IMG/VR virus record: IMGVR_UViG_3300006129_000028
Location: 1 to 25,604 of that record
Reading direction: 5' to 3' (one strand)
Source of the DNA: a virus
Lineage: Duplodnaviria > Caudoviricetes
DNA: 25,604 nt
Part shown: positions 16,052 through 25,604 of the stretch, piece after piece
Numbering within the stretch: the stretch's first letter is position 1
How the letters are laid out: every line of letters starts with the position of its first letter
Made by a program: the position numbers and the translations under genes
The notes under the pieces: model-generated
Told to the model about the DNA's origin: nothing
Database searches by the model: none
Seen by the model: the letters and a program-made list of their open reading frames with translations, nothing else

Positions 16052-16747
16052 ATGCGAATAGCAATACAAATATCTGGACTATTGAGATACAGTGATCAAT
16101 CTGTCAAATCACTAATAGAAAATGTGATCACCCCACTTGAAGCTGATGTTTTTGCCAGCTTTTGGGATTGTGAACCCAGGGTTCTAACCAATTGGCAAAG
16201 ACAAATTGGTCCCAAAATGATTGAAGTTGAAAACTGGGAATTGATTAGGCCTGCTTTTAATCAATTGAACAAATACCCCATCTATTCCAACTTGGTACCC
16301 ATGATGTGGAAGTTTTATCAAGTTAATAAATTAAAATCTGCTTACGAACTGGCCAATAATTTTGCCTATGATGCAGTTATACAATTGCGATCAGATGGTT
16401 TGTTTTTTGAAAAATTCCCAAGAGATCAACTGGAATCAGCTGTTGAACAAAAAACTATACTAACCACTTTGAGATATAGTGAAAATATTGATCTTTTTAT
16501 TTCACCTCGCATGGCAGATACTTTGTTTTGTGGGCCCAAAGAATCCATGGATCGAGTTGCGGGATTTATATGGGCTTTGGAAAATCAATTAAAGACCAAT
16601 GAAGAACAAAACAAAAATTATTATTCACAAGTGCCCGAAATACTTCAAAGTCAAATTTGGAACGCACACAATATTTCAATAAATAAATTAACAGGATCGG
16701 GGCCGGAAAATAATTATCATTGGGATTTGGATCCAGGAAGGAAATAG
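16052..16747 (+). CDS. Putative glycosyltransferase-like protein
   Basis: MRIAIQISG..R, DVF.SFW and YDAVIQLRSD pattern seen in viral glycan-locus proteins. Sits between the dehydratase and the GT4. Confidence 0.5.
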   Translation: MRIAIQISGLLRYSDQSVKSLIENVITPLEADVFASFWDCEPRVLTNWQRQIGPKMIEVENWELIRPAFNQLNKYPIYSNLVPMMWKFYQVNKLKSAYELANNFAYDAVIQLRSDGLFFEKFPRDQLESAVEQKTILTTLRYSENIDLFISPRMADTLFCGPKESMDRVAGFIWALENQLKTNEEQNKNYYSQVPEILQSQIWNAHNISINKLTGSGPENNYHWDLDPGRK

Positions 16748-17701
16748 ATGGCGCGAATACTTTACGTGGTGCATAGATATGGGTTTCCTGGTGGATCAGA
16801 AGTCTATACTCAAAACATGGCTGAAGAAACCAAATTACGTGGACATGATGTAAGTGTATTGACTGGAGAAACCGGCGCCACCATTATTAATGGTATTCAT
16901 GTGTCATTGGATCCTAATGTGGTCATGACTCAAAAATGGGATCTAATAGTAGTCCATGGTGGAAATGTTCCCATGCAAAATTTAATACTTCATCACTCAG
17001 CGCAAATACCCAATCCTATTCTCTACTTGCAAATATTACCGAGTGACACAGAAGTATGTCAAACTGGATTAAAAAATTGCCGGTGGATTGGATGCAGTAC
17101 CGCAGTTGATTGGCAACATGCTGAAAAACATGGTGCGAGGGATAGATCAGTTTATATACCACATGGAATCACAACTAATACTTCTCTAGGTAAACCGGGT
17201 TTTAAACAAAAGCATGGTGTTGTTGGTCCCATGTTTTTGAGTTCTGGTGGGTTTTGGCCACATAAAGCAATGAATGAATTAGCTGAGCTTTGGACCAAGC
17301 TGGAAATACCGGCCACTCTAGTTTTGACTGGGTATGACAATAGATACGGGATACAACCAAAAACCACTAACAAAGTCAAAAGCTTTTTCCTATCAGACAG
17401 GCAGGACGTGTTGAATGCTATTAGTGAAGCTGACTGTTATCTCATGCATAGTTATGAAGAAGGATTTGGACTAGTATTATTGGAAGCAATGTGGAATTCC
17501 ACACCCTGGATTGCTCGTGATATTGCTGGTGCAAATTTGCTAAAAGCTTGGGGACAGACCTATTCAACTGATGAACAATTGGCCAATCTATTGTTAAATT
17601 TTAATGAACTTACTTGGGACTTGACTGGCGCTAAAACTTACGTGGAAAACAATCATTCAATTGTCAATACTGTGGATGCAATATTGAAACTGGTTCAATA
17701 G
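16748..17701 (+). CDS. GT-B glycosyltransferase, family 4-like
   Basis: RILYVVHRY..PGGSE and S.EEGFGLVLLEAM motifs. Confidence 0.88.
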   Translation: MARILYVVHRYGFPGGSEVYTQNMAEETKLRGHDVSVLTGETGATIINGIHVSLDPNVVMTQKWDLIVVHGGNVPMQNLILHHSAQIPNPILYLQILPSDTEVCQTGLKNCRWIGCSTAVDWQHAEKHGARDRSVYIPHGITTNTSLGKPGFKQKHGVVGPMFLSSGGFWPHKAMNELAELWTKLEIPATLVLTGYDNRYGIQPKTTNKVKSFFLSDRQDVLNAISEADCYLMHSYEEGFGLVLLEAMWNSTPWIARDIAGANLLKAWGQTYSTDEQLANLLLNFNELTWDLTGAKTYVENNHSIVNTVDAILKLVQ

Positions 17702-18021
17702 TTTAATGTTTTATTCTGGAACCGAGTTCTGAGATTTGGAATATCTCCAAATGTGATAAAAGCAAAGTCGATCTCAGATCGAGCAATGTCACTGGAAATA
17801 TCAAACCACTCACCTGATAATCTATACTGTTTCAATTGATTGTGGATTATTCGTTCCATAGCAGCAGTATTGGCAGAATCAATTTCACGGGTGTACTTCA
17901 ATACCAGTGGTTTTCCGTGAGCGGTTTGTAATTGAGCTAGTCTAGCATTGGGATCTTGACTATATCCAATCTTCACATGTCCCTGATCTGATTCAATTAA
18001 ATAAATGAAACTGTTTTTCAT
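17695..18021 (-). CDS. GIY-YIG-like T5orf172/Mug113 domain protein
   Basis: FIYLI....VKIGYS.DP..RL.QLQT...E..IH...GEWF. Start revised to ATG 18021, 5 nt after ATAAATA. Confidence 0.82.
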   Translation of the reverse strand: MKNSFIYLIESDQGHVKIGYSQDPNARLAQLQTAHGKPLVLKYTREIDSANTAAMERIIHNQLKQYRLSGEWFDISSDIARSEIDFAFITFGDIPNLRTRFQNKTLNY

Positions 18022-18106
18022 CAGCCTATTTATTGTCAAAATTTAATTCAATTTTGCGAATACTGGCCAGTATTGGTTATTCTTTCAAATATAGAAGGAA
18101 TATCTA

Positions 18107-18562
18107 ATGAGACAATGTCAAGTAGAGGGTTGTTTAAATACTGGACAACATACGGGCAAGTATAGAACAGATGGTAGTGTGATTTATCGTAATCGGTGTA
18201 GACAGCATCACGAAGAATTTACTGCTTCAAAATATGGGTTATCCAGTATAAAACAAGTAATGGCAAAAAAGGCCGGGTTTGATACGGTTGCAGCTTTTGT
18301 CAATAGTCAACATCCCTATCGCAAGTATAGAAAAGACTATTGTGAAAACGTCACTGGATTTTTAGGTTGGCAGTGTACAAGCACAATAATCAACATGGTG
18401 CAACTTGATGTTGATCATATTGATGGTAATCCAGAAAATAATGATCCAGAAAATTTGCAGACTTTGTGTAAGAACTGTCACTCAGTAAAATCACTGCTCA
18501 ATAAAGATTATTTGACGCCTGGCAGAAAGAGATTAAAACAAATGATATGTGAGACAGTGTGA
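18107..18562 (+). CDS. HNH endonuclease with N-terminal Zn-binding segment
   Basis: LDVDHIDGNPENNDPENLQTLCKNCH. N-terminal CQVEGC...C..HH. AAGGA RBS. Confidence 0.85.
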   Translation: MRQCQVEGCLNTGQHTGKYRTDGSVIYRNRCRQHHEEFTASKYGLSSIKQVMAKKAGFDTVAAFVNSQHPYRKYRKDYCENVTGFLGWQCTSTIINMVQLDVDHIDGNPENNDPENLQTLCKNCHSVKSLLNKDYLTPGRKRLKQMICETV

Positions 18563-18993
18563 TGGAAAAATGGGATGTTCGATTTTTAGAATTAGCCAAA
18601 CTAGTTAGTAGTTGGTCAAAAGATCCCAGTACACAAGTAGGAGCAGTAATAGTAGATGCCAATAAAAAAGTATTGGGGTTGGGATATAATGGGTTTGCTG
18701 CTGGAGTTATAGACTCTGAAGAACGTTTGACAAACAGAGACGTCAAATACCCACTTATGATTCATGCAGAAATTAATGCAATTACCAGTGCCAGATGCGA
18801 CCTAACTGGTGCCACATTATATACACATGGATTGTTTACTTGTGCTAGATGTGCTGCGGTAGTCGTCAATTCAGGAATAACGAGAGTAGTATGCCATCGT
18901 ACTGTAGCAGAAAATCCTCGCTGGAATGCGGAATTTGAATTGGCCAGTTTGCAATATGCTGAAGCTGGTGTTCAGGTTGATTTGATAGGTTGA
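18562..18993 (+). CDS. dCMP deaminase
   Basis: WD.RFLELA..VSSWSKDPSTQVGAVIV, GYNG, HAE.NA and CxxC. Confidence 0.92.
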   Translation: MEKWDVRFLELAKLVSSWSKDPSTQVGAVIVDANKKVLGLGYNGFAAGVIDSEERLTNRDVKYPLMIHAEINAITSARCDLTGATLYTHGLFTCARCAAVVVNSGITRVVCHRTVAENPRWNAEFELASLQYAEAGVQVDLIG

Positions 18994-19041
18994 CAAAAAT
19001 TAGTTTGGTAATTATAAATTTTTATAAACAATGAGTTCGCT

Positions 19042-19224
19042 ATGAATATCAAAACTGCTGATTTATCAGAAATAGATTATGCCAATCTAACTGAAGACGA
19101 AGCTTTAGAATTATTTGAAAGATTGCTGTTTGAAAGTCAACAAAGACTCAAAACTTTTGAAGAAAAGCTTAAAAAATATCAATTAGAACCATCTCAAACG
19201 CTGGATACTACAAATATTAATTAG
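19042..19224 (+). CDS. 60-aa charged helical protein
   Basis: Own promoter TTGACA(18990-18995)-17-TATAAA. Resembles 11577..11753. Confidence 0.65.
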   Translation: MNIKTADLSEIDYANLTEDEALELFERLLFESQQRLKTFEEKLKKYQLEPSQTLDTTNIN

Positions 19225-19976
19225 CCAACAACCACAATCCCAATTGGCATACTTCCATCAATATACTGTTTGAGTTCTAATTCAGCTTCCTGTCGTTCTG
19301 CCAATGCTTCAGTTTTTAGTGCATCTCCTTTGAGTGTAACGCCACCTTGTGGACCAATGGTCTGATTGTATTTGGCATAGGCTTCTCCCAACATGGTCTT
19401 GCACCAGCTCAAAGCATAAGTTCTGATCCAGGGCTTGGCAAAGTGATCTGAAAGTATTTCTTCTTCACTTCGAGTTTTTTCAACCCACAGCATCACTGTT
19501 TCAGTTCCAGTGGGTTTTCTAACAATGGTCAGTTTTTTAGTGGCCACGTTGAATGAAAAGTTGATGTCACGGCCAAACATGCGGCCGGCCAACTTTTGAT
19601 AATCATAAAACAATTCAAATGTAAGCAATCCAGCAGTATAACCGCCGCCAGACCCAGCCTGAAGCAAATACATGTTGGTATAGGCCAGTGCGAATGGATC
19701 TATTTGTGTGGATCCAGCAGTGTCACCAATACCACGTCTGAAAATGGCTCGAACAAAAGAAACTTCTGCTGGCAATATATATTCTGATTGTTCATATTGT
19801 AAATTTAGAAACATATAGGCTTCTTCATTGGCATTGCCTGCTCTTTGGCGGTATCGATCAAAAGCAAAATTAATGGCTTTATTATAGTCAATGGGTTCTA
19901 TTTCAACTTCCACCATATTACCGCCCAACATGGCTTCCAAGTCACTGATTAGCTCACTTCTAACTGTTTTTTCCAT
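19221..19976 (-). CDS. Neck / head-to-tail adaptor protein (T4 gp13-like)
   Basis: LGGNMVEVEI, EYILP.EV..V, WIRTYAL..CK.MLG..Y.KY...GPQGGVTL.GD. AGGAGG RBS before ATG 19976 and ATAAATA at 20003-19997. Confidence 0.85.
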   Translation of the reverse strand: MEKTVRSELISDLEAMLGGNMVEVEIEPIDYNKAINFAFDRYRQRAGNANEEAYMFLNLQYEQSEYILPAEVSFVRAIFRRGIGDTAGSTQIDPFALAYTNMYLLQAGSGGGYTAGLLTFELFYDYQKLAGRMFGRDINFSFNVATKKLTIVRKPTGTETVMLWVEKTRSEEEILSDHFAKPWIRTYALSWCKTMLGEAYAKYNQTIGPQGGVTLKGDALKTEALAERQEAELELKQYIDGSMPIGIVVVG

Positions 19977-20081
19977 AATTGCCTCCTGCAACAATATATT
20001 TATCAGTGTCTAAATTGAAAAGGAAGTCGCGACAGCCGGTTGGATAAATAAAGGAATACGCTATGAAAGATTCCAGACCTC

Positions 20082-23000
20082 ATGACTTCAGAAATTGATC
20101 CAAGTAAAATTAATGCCAATTTCCCTGTAAGTGACCAAGATAACTCAACGCAGGGATTTCGTGATAATTTTTCAGCCATACAGGAAAATTTTGCTGACGC
20201 TGCTGAAGAAATTTCCAATCTACAAAACAAAACTGTTTCACTGGTCGGACCAGTAAAAACTTCTGCACCAACTACGATTGGTTCAGGCACTAATGCTGTT
20301 GTATTAACAACCAGTTTTGTGGATAGTAGTGGTAATAATTTATTGACGTTTCCTGGTACAGGCGCCGTTAAATTACCTGTTGGTACAACAGCTCAACGCC
20401 CGGCAGGTACTTCTGGAAATGTTGGTGCTACTCGAATCAATTCTGATACAGGAAGACTAGAATATTATAATGGATTAAGTTGGGTTCCTGCGGGAGCAAC
20501 TGGTCCAACAGGCGCTGCATCTTCAATAACTGGACCAACCGGACCCAATGGTGGACCTACCGGACCAACCGGACCCAATGGTGGACCTACCGGACCAACT
20601 GGTGCAGCATCCACCATAACTGGACCAACTGGTGCCATGGGCCTACAGGGACTACAAGGCGCCATGGGTATTCAAGGACTTGCTGGAGCTACAGGTGCAA
20701 CTGGTGCGACAGGCGCTTTGGGACTAACAGGACCAACTGGTTCAACAGGTGCTGTATCAACTGTTCCGGGACCTACTGGTCCAACAGGTGTAACAGGAGC
20801 AGCTTCTACCGTAACTGGCCCAACCGGGCAAATGGGACCACAGGGTATACAAGGACCTACTGGTGCCGATTCACATGTAACGGGACCAACTGGACCACTG
20901 GGAGGCCCAACTGGTCCAACTGGATATAGAGGTATAGATGGTGCAACCGGACCTACCGGACCACTGGGAGGACCTACCGGACCAACTGGTGCAGCATCAA
21001 CAGTAACCGGTCCAACGGGTTCACAGGGTGCTGACGGACAATTGGGACCAACTGGTTCAACTGGTGCAGCATCAACAGTGACCGGACCCACAGGACCACA
21101 AGGAACTCGTGGTAACGTGGGATTCACTGGTCCAACAGGTGTGACTGGTCCAACGGGTATTCAAGGGCCTGCCAATCCACAAACGGGTCCTACTGGTCCA
21201 CAGGGTGTGGCAGGGACAAATGGAGCAACTGGTCCAACAGGAGCTGATTCCACCGCAGTTGGTCCTACTGGACCAGCTGGCACAACCGGGCCGACTGGAA
21301 CAACAGGACCTGCAGGAACTGGATTGGGATACACCCCTGTTCAACAAGGTGGTGGCATCAATCAAGGAAATGCAAAAGTATATATTGGTAACATTGCCAG
21401 TTCACTGGGACTAACGATTGGTTTTTCTGATTTTGGTATTAATTGGCCAATCAATGTTTCTGGATCAGCTAATTCGGCCAATTCTCTAATAGCCACAACA
21501 AATTACCAAGTTGCTAGTTTGGGAGTCGGTCAACTTGCTCCTGCCGCGGCAGGAAGTATTAATGCTAACATTGTTTCAAGTAACTTAGTTTCGGTTACTG
21601 GTAATATACAGATTTCAAATGCAGCAACTATTAGCGGTATAGTATTTGCTGATGGAACATTTATGAAGACTGCTGCACAGACCAGCTTGGCTTCAGGTCC
21701 CATAAATGCGGTTCAATACAATGCTGGATCAAATATATTAGCGGGATCCAGCAACTTCCTTTGGGATTCTGCAAATGTACGTTTAAGTATTGGTGCGTTA
21801 GGTACAAATACACTGTATGTAACTGGAAATTCACAAGCGCTATTCAATACTACGGCTGGTACAGGTGGAAATCCACAAATATTGATTGGATCTGCTACGG
21901 GTTCTGCTGCGGTAGTTGGGTACAATGGTACAACATCATATGTCAGGCATTCAAATTCAACTAATAATTCAATCGCTTGGAACAGTGTTAGCGTTGGTAT
22001 TGGTAATGTTTCGACATTACTAAACACACTTGATGTGAATGGACAAGCAGTAATTGGTGCAGATTGGGCCGGACAATTTTCAGCTCCTACCAGTGGATTG
22101 TTGGTTGAAGGATCTGTTGGTATTGGAACAACTAATCCCACTACCTTGCTTGATGTCAATGGATTATCAACTTTTAGAAATCAGGTTTTAATCACAACTG
22201 GTGGTATTACTGTTGCTGGAGGTATTTCACAATTTGCCGGAAGTCTAACCGCAGTAAGCTTGATCAGCAATTCCACAATAAATTCTGCTGGTCTAGCATC
22301 ATTTGCCAGTATTAAATCCAATAGCTCAACTACTACAACCACTTTACAAGCAACTGGATTGACGCAAGTAAATTCACTGGTATCAAACACAACGGTACTA
22401 GTGAGCGGCACAACTCCTTCAACTAACTATAGTTCAGGTGCACTGGTTGTTGCCGGCGGAGTGGGTATAAGTGGTGCATTGAATGTTGCGGGCAATAACA
22501 CAGTTGGTGGCAACATGCTAATTGTTGGTAACTTGACTGTACAAGGCAACAGTTCAATAGTTAATTCAACAAGCTTGGTAGTTTCAAACCCAGTAATTGA
22601 CGTTGGTGTTAATGCTCTGGGAGGTCCACTTACAGTTAATGATGGTTTGGATCGTGGCATTGTTATGCACGTCTATGATGGACAAGGTGATAATCACGTT
22701 TATCTGGGACGGGAGAATTCTACCGAGCAATTGATTTATATTACAAACGTTCAGCCCAACGTTGGTAACTTGACCGTAAACCCATTCCGTCCTAATTCAC
22801 CAGGTTATGTTTGGGGATCTGCTAAATTTGGTAGCTTGACACTTGCCAATACAACTGTATCGACATCAACTGCAACGGGAGCACTTGTTGTGGGCGGTGG
22901 CGTTGGCATCGGTGGTGCTCTAAATGTGGGTTCCAACGTTTGGATAAATGGTTCAATAAATGCTGCTGGAACAACACAAGTCAATTACTTGTCATCAAAC

Positions 23001-25493
23001 ACTGGCATTAGTTCTAATGGACCAGTAAGTATTCAGGGCAATTTTGCAGCTTCTGCCGTCATATCAAATTCCACATTGCAAACCAATATATTAACAGTTA
23101 ATTCTGCCGCACAATTCAATGGTCCTGTGAATATTTCAAATTCACTGACTACAAATGCTGTTGTATCGAATACATCAATTGTTGGTTCAACTGGACAGTT
23201 TGGTCAATTAACTGCCGGCAATGTAGCTGTTTCTCAAAACCTAACAACTGGTCAATTGACTGCTTCTGGAAACACATTGGTTCAAAGTTTGGTCGTTAAT
23301 GCTGGAATTGTTTCTGGCGCAATTTCAAGTTCTGGATCAATATCAAGTGCAGGTTCAATTACAGCAACTGGTGCAATATCAGTTGGTGGCTCGGCTGCAT
23401 TCGGAAGTATTGTTTCTAACTCTACACTGCAAACTAATCTATTAACTTCAAATGCTGGAATTCAAGCAAATGGTCCCATAACATCAACTGGTGTTATCAC
23501 TGGAAATGCCGTTGTTGGTAATTTGAGTGTTGTGAGTTTGGGAACTCTAACAGCAGTTGGTTTAACCACAGTTGGTTCATTAGTTTCCAATACATCAATT
23601 CAATCGGCCAGCCTACAGACTGGAACTGCTCAATTAACGGGCGGATTGGTCGCAAATACAATTGTTGCAAATAATTCCATATCATCTCCTGGCACAATAT
23701 CAGTAGGTGGTGCTGCTACATTCGGAAGTATTGTTTCCAATTCAACACTGCAAACTGCTCAATTGACAGCTAATACAAGTATCCAAGCAAATGGTCCAAT
23801 AACTTCAACTGGCACCGTAACATCAAATGTATTGATCGCAAATTTGAGTATTTCTACTGCAGGTAATTTGAGTGCAGCTGGAACGGCCACATTCTCTGGT
23901 ATAACGTCAAATTCAAATGTTACAACGGTCAATCTATCTGCTACTGGAAATATAACTGCGACAGGTACAGTATCGGCTAATTCAGTTAGTGCTAATACTA
24001 TTTCAGTTGGAAGTTTCACTTTCAGTACATTGTCAGGAAATGTCATTGTTGCCAATGTTGGTATAGTAACACCTGGTTATTTGACAGTATCCGGAGCCAC
24101 AACAGTTGGCAGCTTGGTTTCAAATACTAATATTTCAACAGGCAATTTGATTGCCAATAGTTCCATTACTTCATTGGGCCCAATTAATTCCACTGGTCTA
24201 ATCATCGGATCTCAAATACAAGCCAATTCCAGTATACAAACTCCTGGTACGGTTACTGCAACTGGACAAATCACCGGCGGCGTTATTAATTCCAATAGTT
24301 CAATTGTTTCTACTACTTCAATAATTGCTGGAACTAGCATCATTGCAGGAACCAATGTTTCAGGCGGAAACATTTATGCAATAAACAACGTCGTTGGATC
24401 TTCTATTACTGGAAACAATTCAATCTACAGTGGTGGCACAATCACAGGTGCAGCAACTATAGTTGGTGCTGCATTGGTTTCAAACAGCAGTATTTCGGCA
24501 TCAGGAACAATATATACTCCCAATGTTGTCAATGCTGGTGGACAGGGCATTTTTGGCAGTGTGATTTCAAACTCAACTATATTAACAAATAGTCTACAAG
24601 CAAATAGTTCAATACAATCAAATGGGCCAATTATTAGCACAGGGATTATTACTGGAAATAACCTAGTTGCTAACGTGGGAATTTCATCACCTGGCGCGGT
24701 TTCTGTTGGTGGATTGGGGTCATTTGGTTCTATTGTATCCAATAGTTCAATACAAACTAATAGTCTACAAGCGAATTCTTCAATTGTTTCAAATGGTCCA
24801 ATAACAGGCAATGTGATCATTGCCAATAGTGGAATCACAACTCCTGGATCAATACAAGCAACTGGCATTGGAGTATTTGGTAGCCTACAATCTAATACAA
24901 CAATCCTTGGAAATTTCCTACAAGCCAACACAGGAATTTATACACCGGGTACGCTTAATATTGGTGGCACTGCTACATTTGGTGCTATCGTATCCAACTC
25001 CACAATTCAAACTGGCATATTGCAAGCAAATACTAGCATTCAAACGCCTGCAACAATTACTGCGAATATTGTAGTAGCTAATGTTGGTATTACTAGCTTA
25101 AGTACAGTGGTTGCACAAAGTACGATTACTGGTTCTGGATTGATTTCCAATACTAGTATTGTGGGAAATACATTTATTCATACAGGCCAATCGATTGCGA
25201 CTGCTGTAATTACGCCTGTGACAGTGGATAGTTGGTCTTCAACTACTTATAGAACAGCTAGATATTTGATTCAAATAAGTGATATTACATTCTTCACTTA
25301 TCACAGTTTACAAATCATGTTAATTCATGATGGCACAAACGTTTATAAAACTGAATTCAACGAAGTTTGGACTACTGGTTCATTGGGAACATTTGACGCA
25401 ACAATAAGTGGTTCCACTTTAAATCTAGTATTCACCCCAACCGCAGCAACCAGCAAACTAATTAAATTAATTAGAGAAAGTATCAATGTCTAA
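20082..25493 (+). CDS. Large tail fibre / virion fibre protein with collagen-like and beta-repeat shaft
   Basis: 1803 aa: N-terminal [14 protein letters not shown] anchor, [10 protein letters not shown] module, GPT collagen region, VGIGTT and STxTGALVVxGGVGI motifs, S/N/T/G/I repeats, C-terminal [14 protein letters not shown]...HDGT domain. ATAAATA at 20044-20050. Confidence 0.85.
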   Translation: MTSEIDPSKINANFPVSDQDNSTQGFRDNFSAIQENFADAAEEISNLQNKTVSLVGPVKTSAPTTIGSGTNAVVLTTSFVDSSGNNLLTFPGTGAVKLPVGTTAQRPAGTSGNVGATRINSDTGRLEYYNGLSWVPAGATGPTGAASSITGPTGPNGGPTGPTGPNGGPTGPTGAASTITGPTGAMGLQGLQGAMGIQGLAGATGATGATGALGLTGPTGSTGAVSTVPGPTGPTGVTGAASTVTGPTGQMGPQGIQGPTGADSHVTGPTGPLGGPTGPTGYRGIDGATGPTGPLGGPTGPTGAASTVTGPTGSQGADGQLGPTGSTGAASTVTGPTGPQGTRGNVGFTGPTGVTGPTGIQGPANPQTGPTGPQGVAGTNGATGPTGADSTAVGPTGPAGTTGPTGTTGPAGTGLGYTPVQQGGGINQGNAKVYIGNIASSLGLTIGFSDFGINWPINVSGSANSANSLIATTNYQVASLGVGQLAPAAAGSINANIVSSNLVSVTGNIQISNAATISGIVFADGTFMKTAAQTSLASGPINAVQYNAGSNILAGSSNFLWDSANVRLSIGALGTNTLYVTGNSQALFNTTAGTGGNPQILIGSATGSAAVVGYNGTTSYVRHSNSTNNSIAWNSVSVGIGNVSTLLNTLDVNGQAVIGADWAGQFSAPTSGLLVEGSVGIGTTNPTTLLDVNGLSTFRNQVLITTGGITVAGGISQFAGSLTAVSLISNSTINSAGLASFASIKSNSSTTTTTLQATGLTQVNSLVSNTTVLVSGTTPSTNYSSGALVVAGGVGISGALNVAGNNTVGGNMLIVGNLTVQGNSSIVNSTSLVVSNPVIDVGVNALGGPLTVNDGLDRGIVMHVYDGQGDNHVYLGRENSTEQLIYITNVQPNVGNLTVNPFRPNSPGYVWGSAKFGSLTLANTTVSTSTATGALVVGGGVGIGGALNVGSNVWINGSINAAGTTQVNYLSSNTGISSNGPVSIQGNFAASAVISNSTLQTNILTVNSAAQFNGPVNISNSLTTNAVVSNTSIVGSTGQFGQLTAGNVAVSQNLTTGQLTASGNTLVQSLVVNAGIVSGAISSSGSISSAGSITATGAISVGGSAAFGSIVSNSTLQTNLLTSNAGIQANGPITSTGVITGNAVVGNLSVVSLGTLTAVGLTTVGSLVSNTSIQSASLQTGTAQLTGGLVANTIVANNSISSPGTISVGGAATFGSIVSNSTLQTAQLTANTSIQANGPITSTGTVTSNVLIANLSISTAGNLSAAGTATFSGITSNSNVTTVNLSATGNITATGTVSANSVSANTISVGSFTFSTLSGNVIVANVGIVTPGYLTVSGATTVGSLVSNTNISTGNLIANSSITSLGPINSTGLIIGSQIQANSSIQTPGTVTATGQITGGVINSNSSIVSTTSIIAGTSIIAGTNVSGGNIYAINNVVGSSITGNNSIYSGGTITGAATIVGAALVSNSSISASGTIYTPNVVNAGGQGIFGSVISNSTILTNSLQANSSIQSNGPIISTGIITGNNLVANVGISSPGAVSVGGLGSFGSIVSNSSIQTNSLQANSSIVSNGPITGNVIIANSGITTPGSIQATGIGVFGSLQSNTTILGNFLQANTGIYTPGTLNIGGTATFGAIVSNSTIQTGILQANTSIQTPATITANIVVANVGITSLSTVVAQSTITGSGLISNTSIVGNTFIHTGQSIATAVITPVTVDSWSSTTYRTARYLIQISDITFFTYHSLQIMLIHDGTNVYKTEFNEVWTTGSLGTFDATISGSTLNLVFTPTAATSKLIKLIRESINV
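20493..21323 (+). repeat. Collagen-like Gly-X-Y (mostly GPT) coding repeats, including an exact 30-bp tandem duplication at 20532-20599
   Basis: GGACCAACCGGACCCAATGGTGGACCTACC occurs twice plus a partial copy. Blocks are interrupted by GAASTVT-type linkers. Confidence 0.92.
23000..25170 (+). repeat. Degenerate protein-level repeats in the fibre shaft (boundaries approximate)
   Basis: Recurrent [38 protein letters not shown] units. DNA similarity between about 23370-23500 and about 23690-23820. Confidence 0.75.
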
Positions 25494-25497
25494 TGAC

Positions 25498-25505
25498 TAT
25501 AAATA
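25498..25505 (+). promoter_or_regulatory. T4-type late promoter
   Basis: Exact TATAAATA upstream of the next gene. Confidence 0.7.
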
Positions 25506-25524
25506 AAAGAAAAATTGGTGAAGA

Positions 25525-25604
25525 ATGAGTAATCCAAATAATTTAGGTTTGTTTGCTGCCAATTTGGCAATTAATTCTGGTAATGTGGTCGTTCCCATTA
25601 GTCA
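25525..25604 (+). CDS. Start of next late, probably structural, gene (partial)
   Basis: MSNPNNLGLFAANLAINSGNVVVPIS... is open to the window end. Confidence 0.55.
   Translation, partial: MSNPNNLGLFAANLAINSGNVVVPIS

Noticed and set aside
20465-21414. Antisense and alternate-frame ORFs (PVGPV..., NWTNR...) and a CRISPR-like look of the repeats
   Set aside because: These are shadows of in-frame Gly-Pro-Thr codon repeats. There is no constant repeat with unique spacers.
21713-25074. Multiple minus-strand and alternate-frame ORFs inside the fibre gene
   Set aside because: They are fully nested in a long biased-composition CDS and lack RBSs or recognisable motifs.
22200-25170. Abundant N-x-S/T sequons suggesting N-glycosylation
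   Set aside because: They are expected from the Asn/Ser/Thr-rich repeat composition, and no oligosaccharyltransferase is seen.
1-25604. Stop-codon reassignment, tRNA genes, introns/inteins, or a diversity-generating retroelement
   Set aside because: Conserved genes are full length in the standard code with TAA, TAG and TGA all used as stops. Intergenic gaps are short, and no cloverleaf, split gene, reverse transcriptase or TR/VR pair was seen by eye.

Overview
This is a fragment of an AT-rich, large T4-superfamily-like (probably jumbo) myophage genome read in the standard genetic code. The left edge holds the left end and tnpB start of an IS200/IS605-family element inserted into the last gene of a four-gene array of small paralogs. 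The window carries virion genes: a tail tube, a tube-fold paralog, a gp4-like head completion nuclease, a probable small terminase, a gp13-like neck protein and a 1803-aa collagen-containing fibre. These are interleaved with accessory genes: IF-1, Fe/Mn SOD, two GNAT-like proteins, two deaminases, an ExoX-like exonuclease, a SprT-like protease, HNH and GIY-YIG-like nucleases, and an RmlB plus glycosyltransferase cassette. Two promoter classes are visible: sigma70-type and T4-late-like ATAAATA. The strongest leads are (i) several mostly late genes, including SOD and the GNATs, that start with T4 capsid-targeting-like leaders, suggesting packaged and injected enzymes; (ii) many apparently leaderless transcripts next to a phage IF-1; and (iii) possible glycosylation of Thr-rich GPT collagen fibres. 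All product calls come from motif recognition by eye, not database searches.
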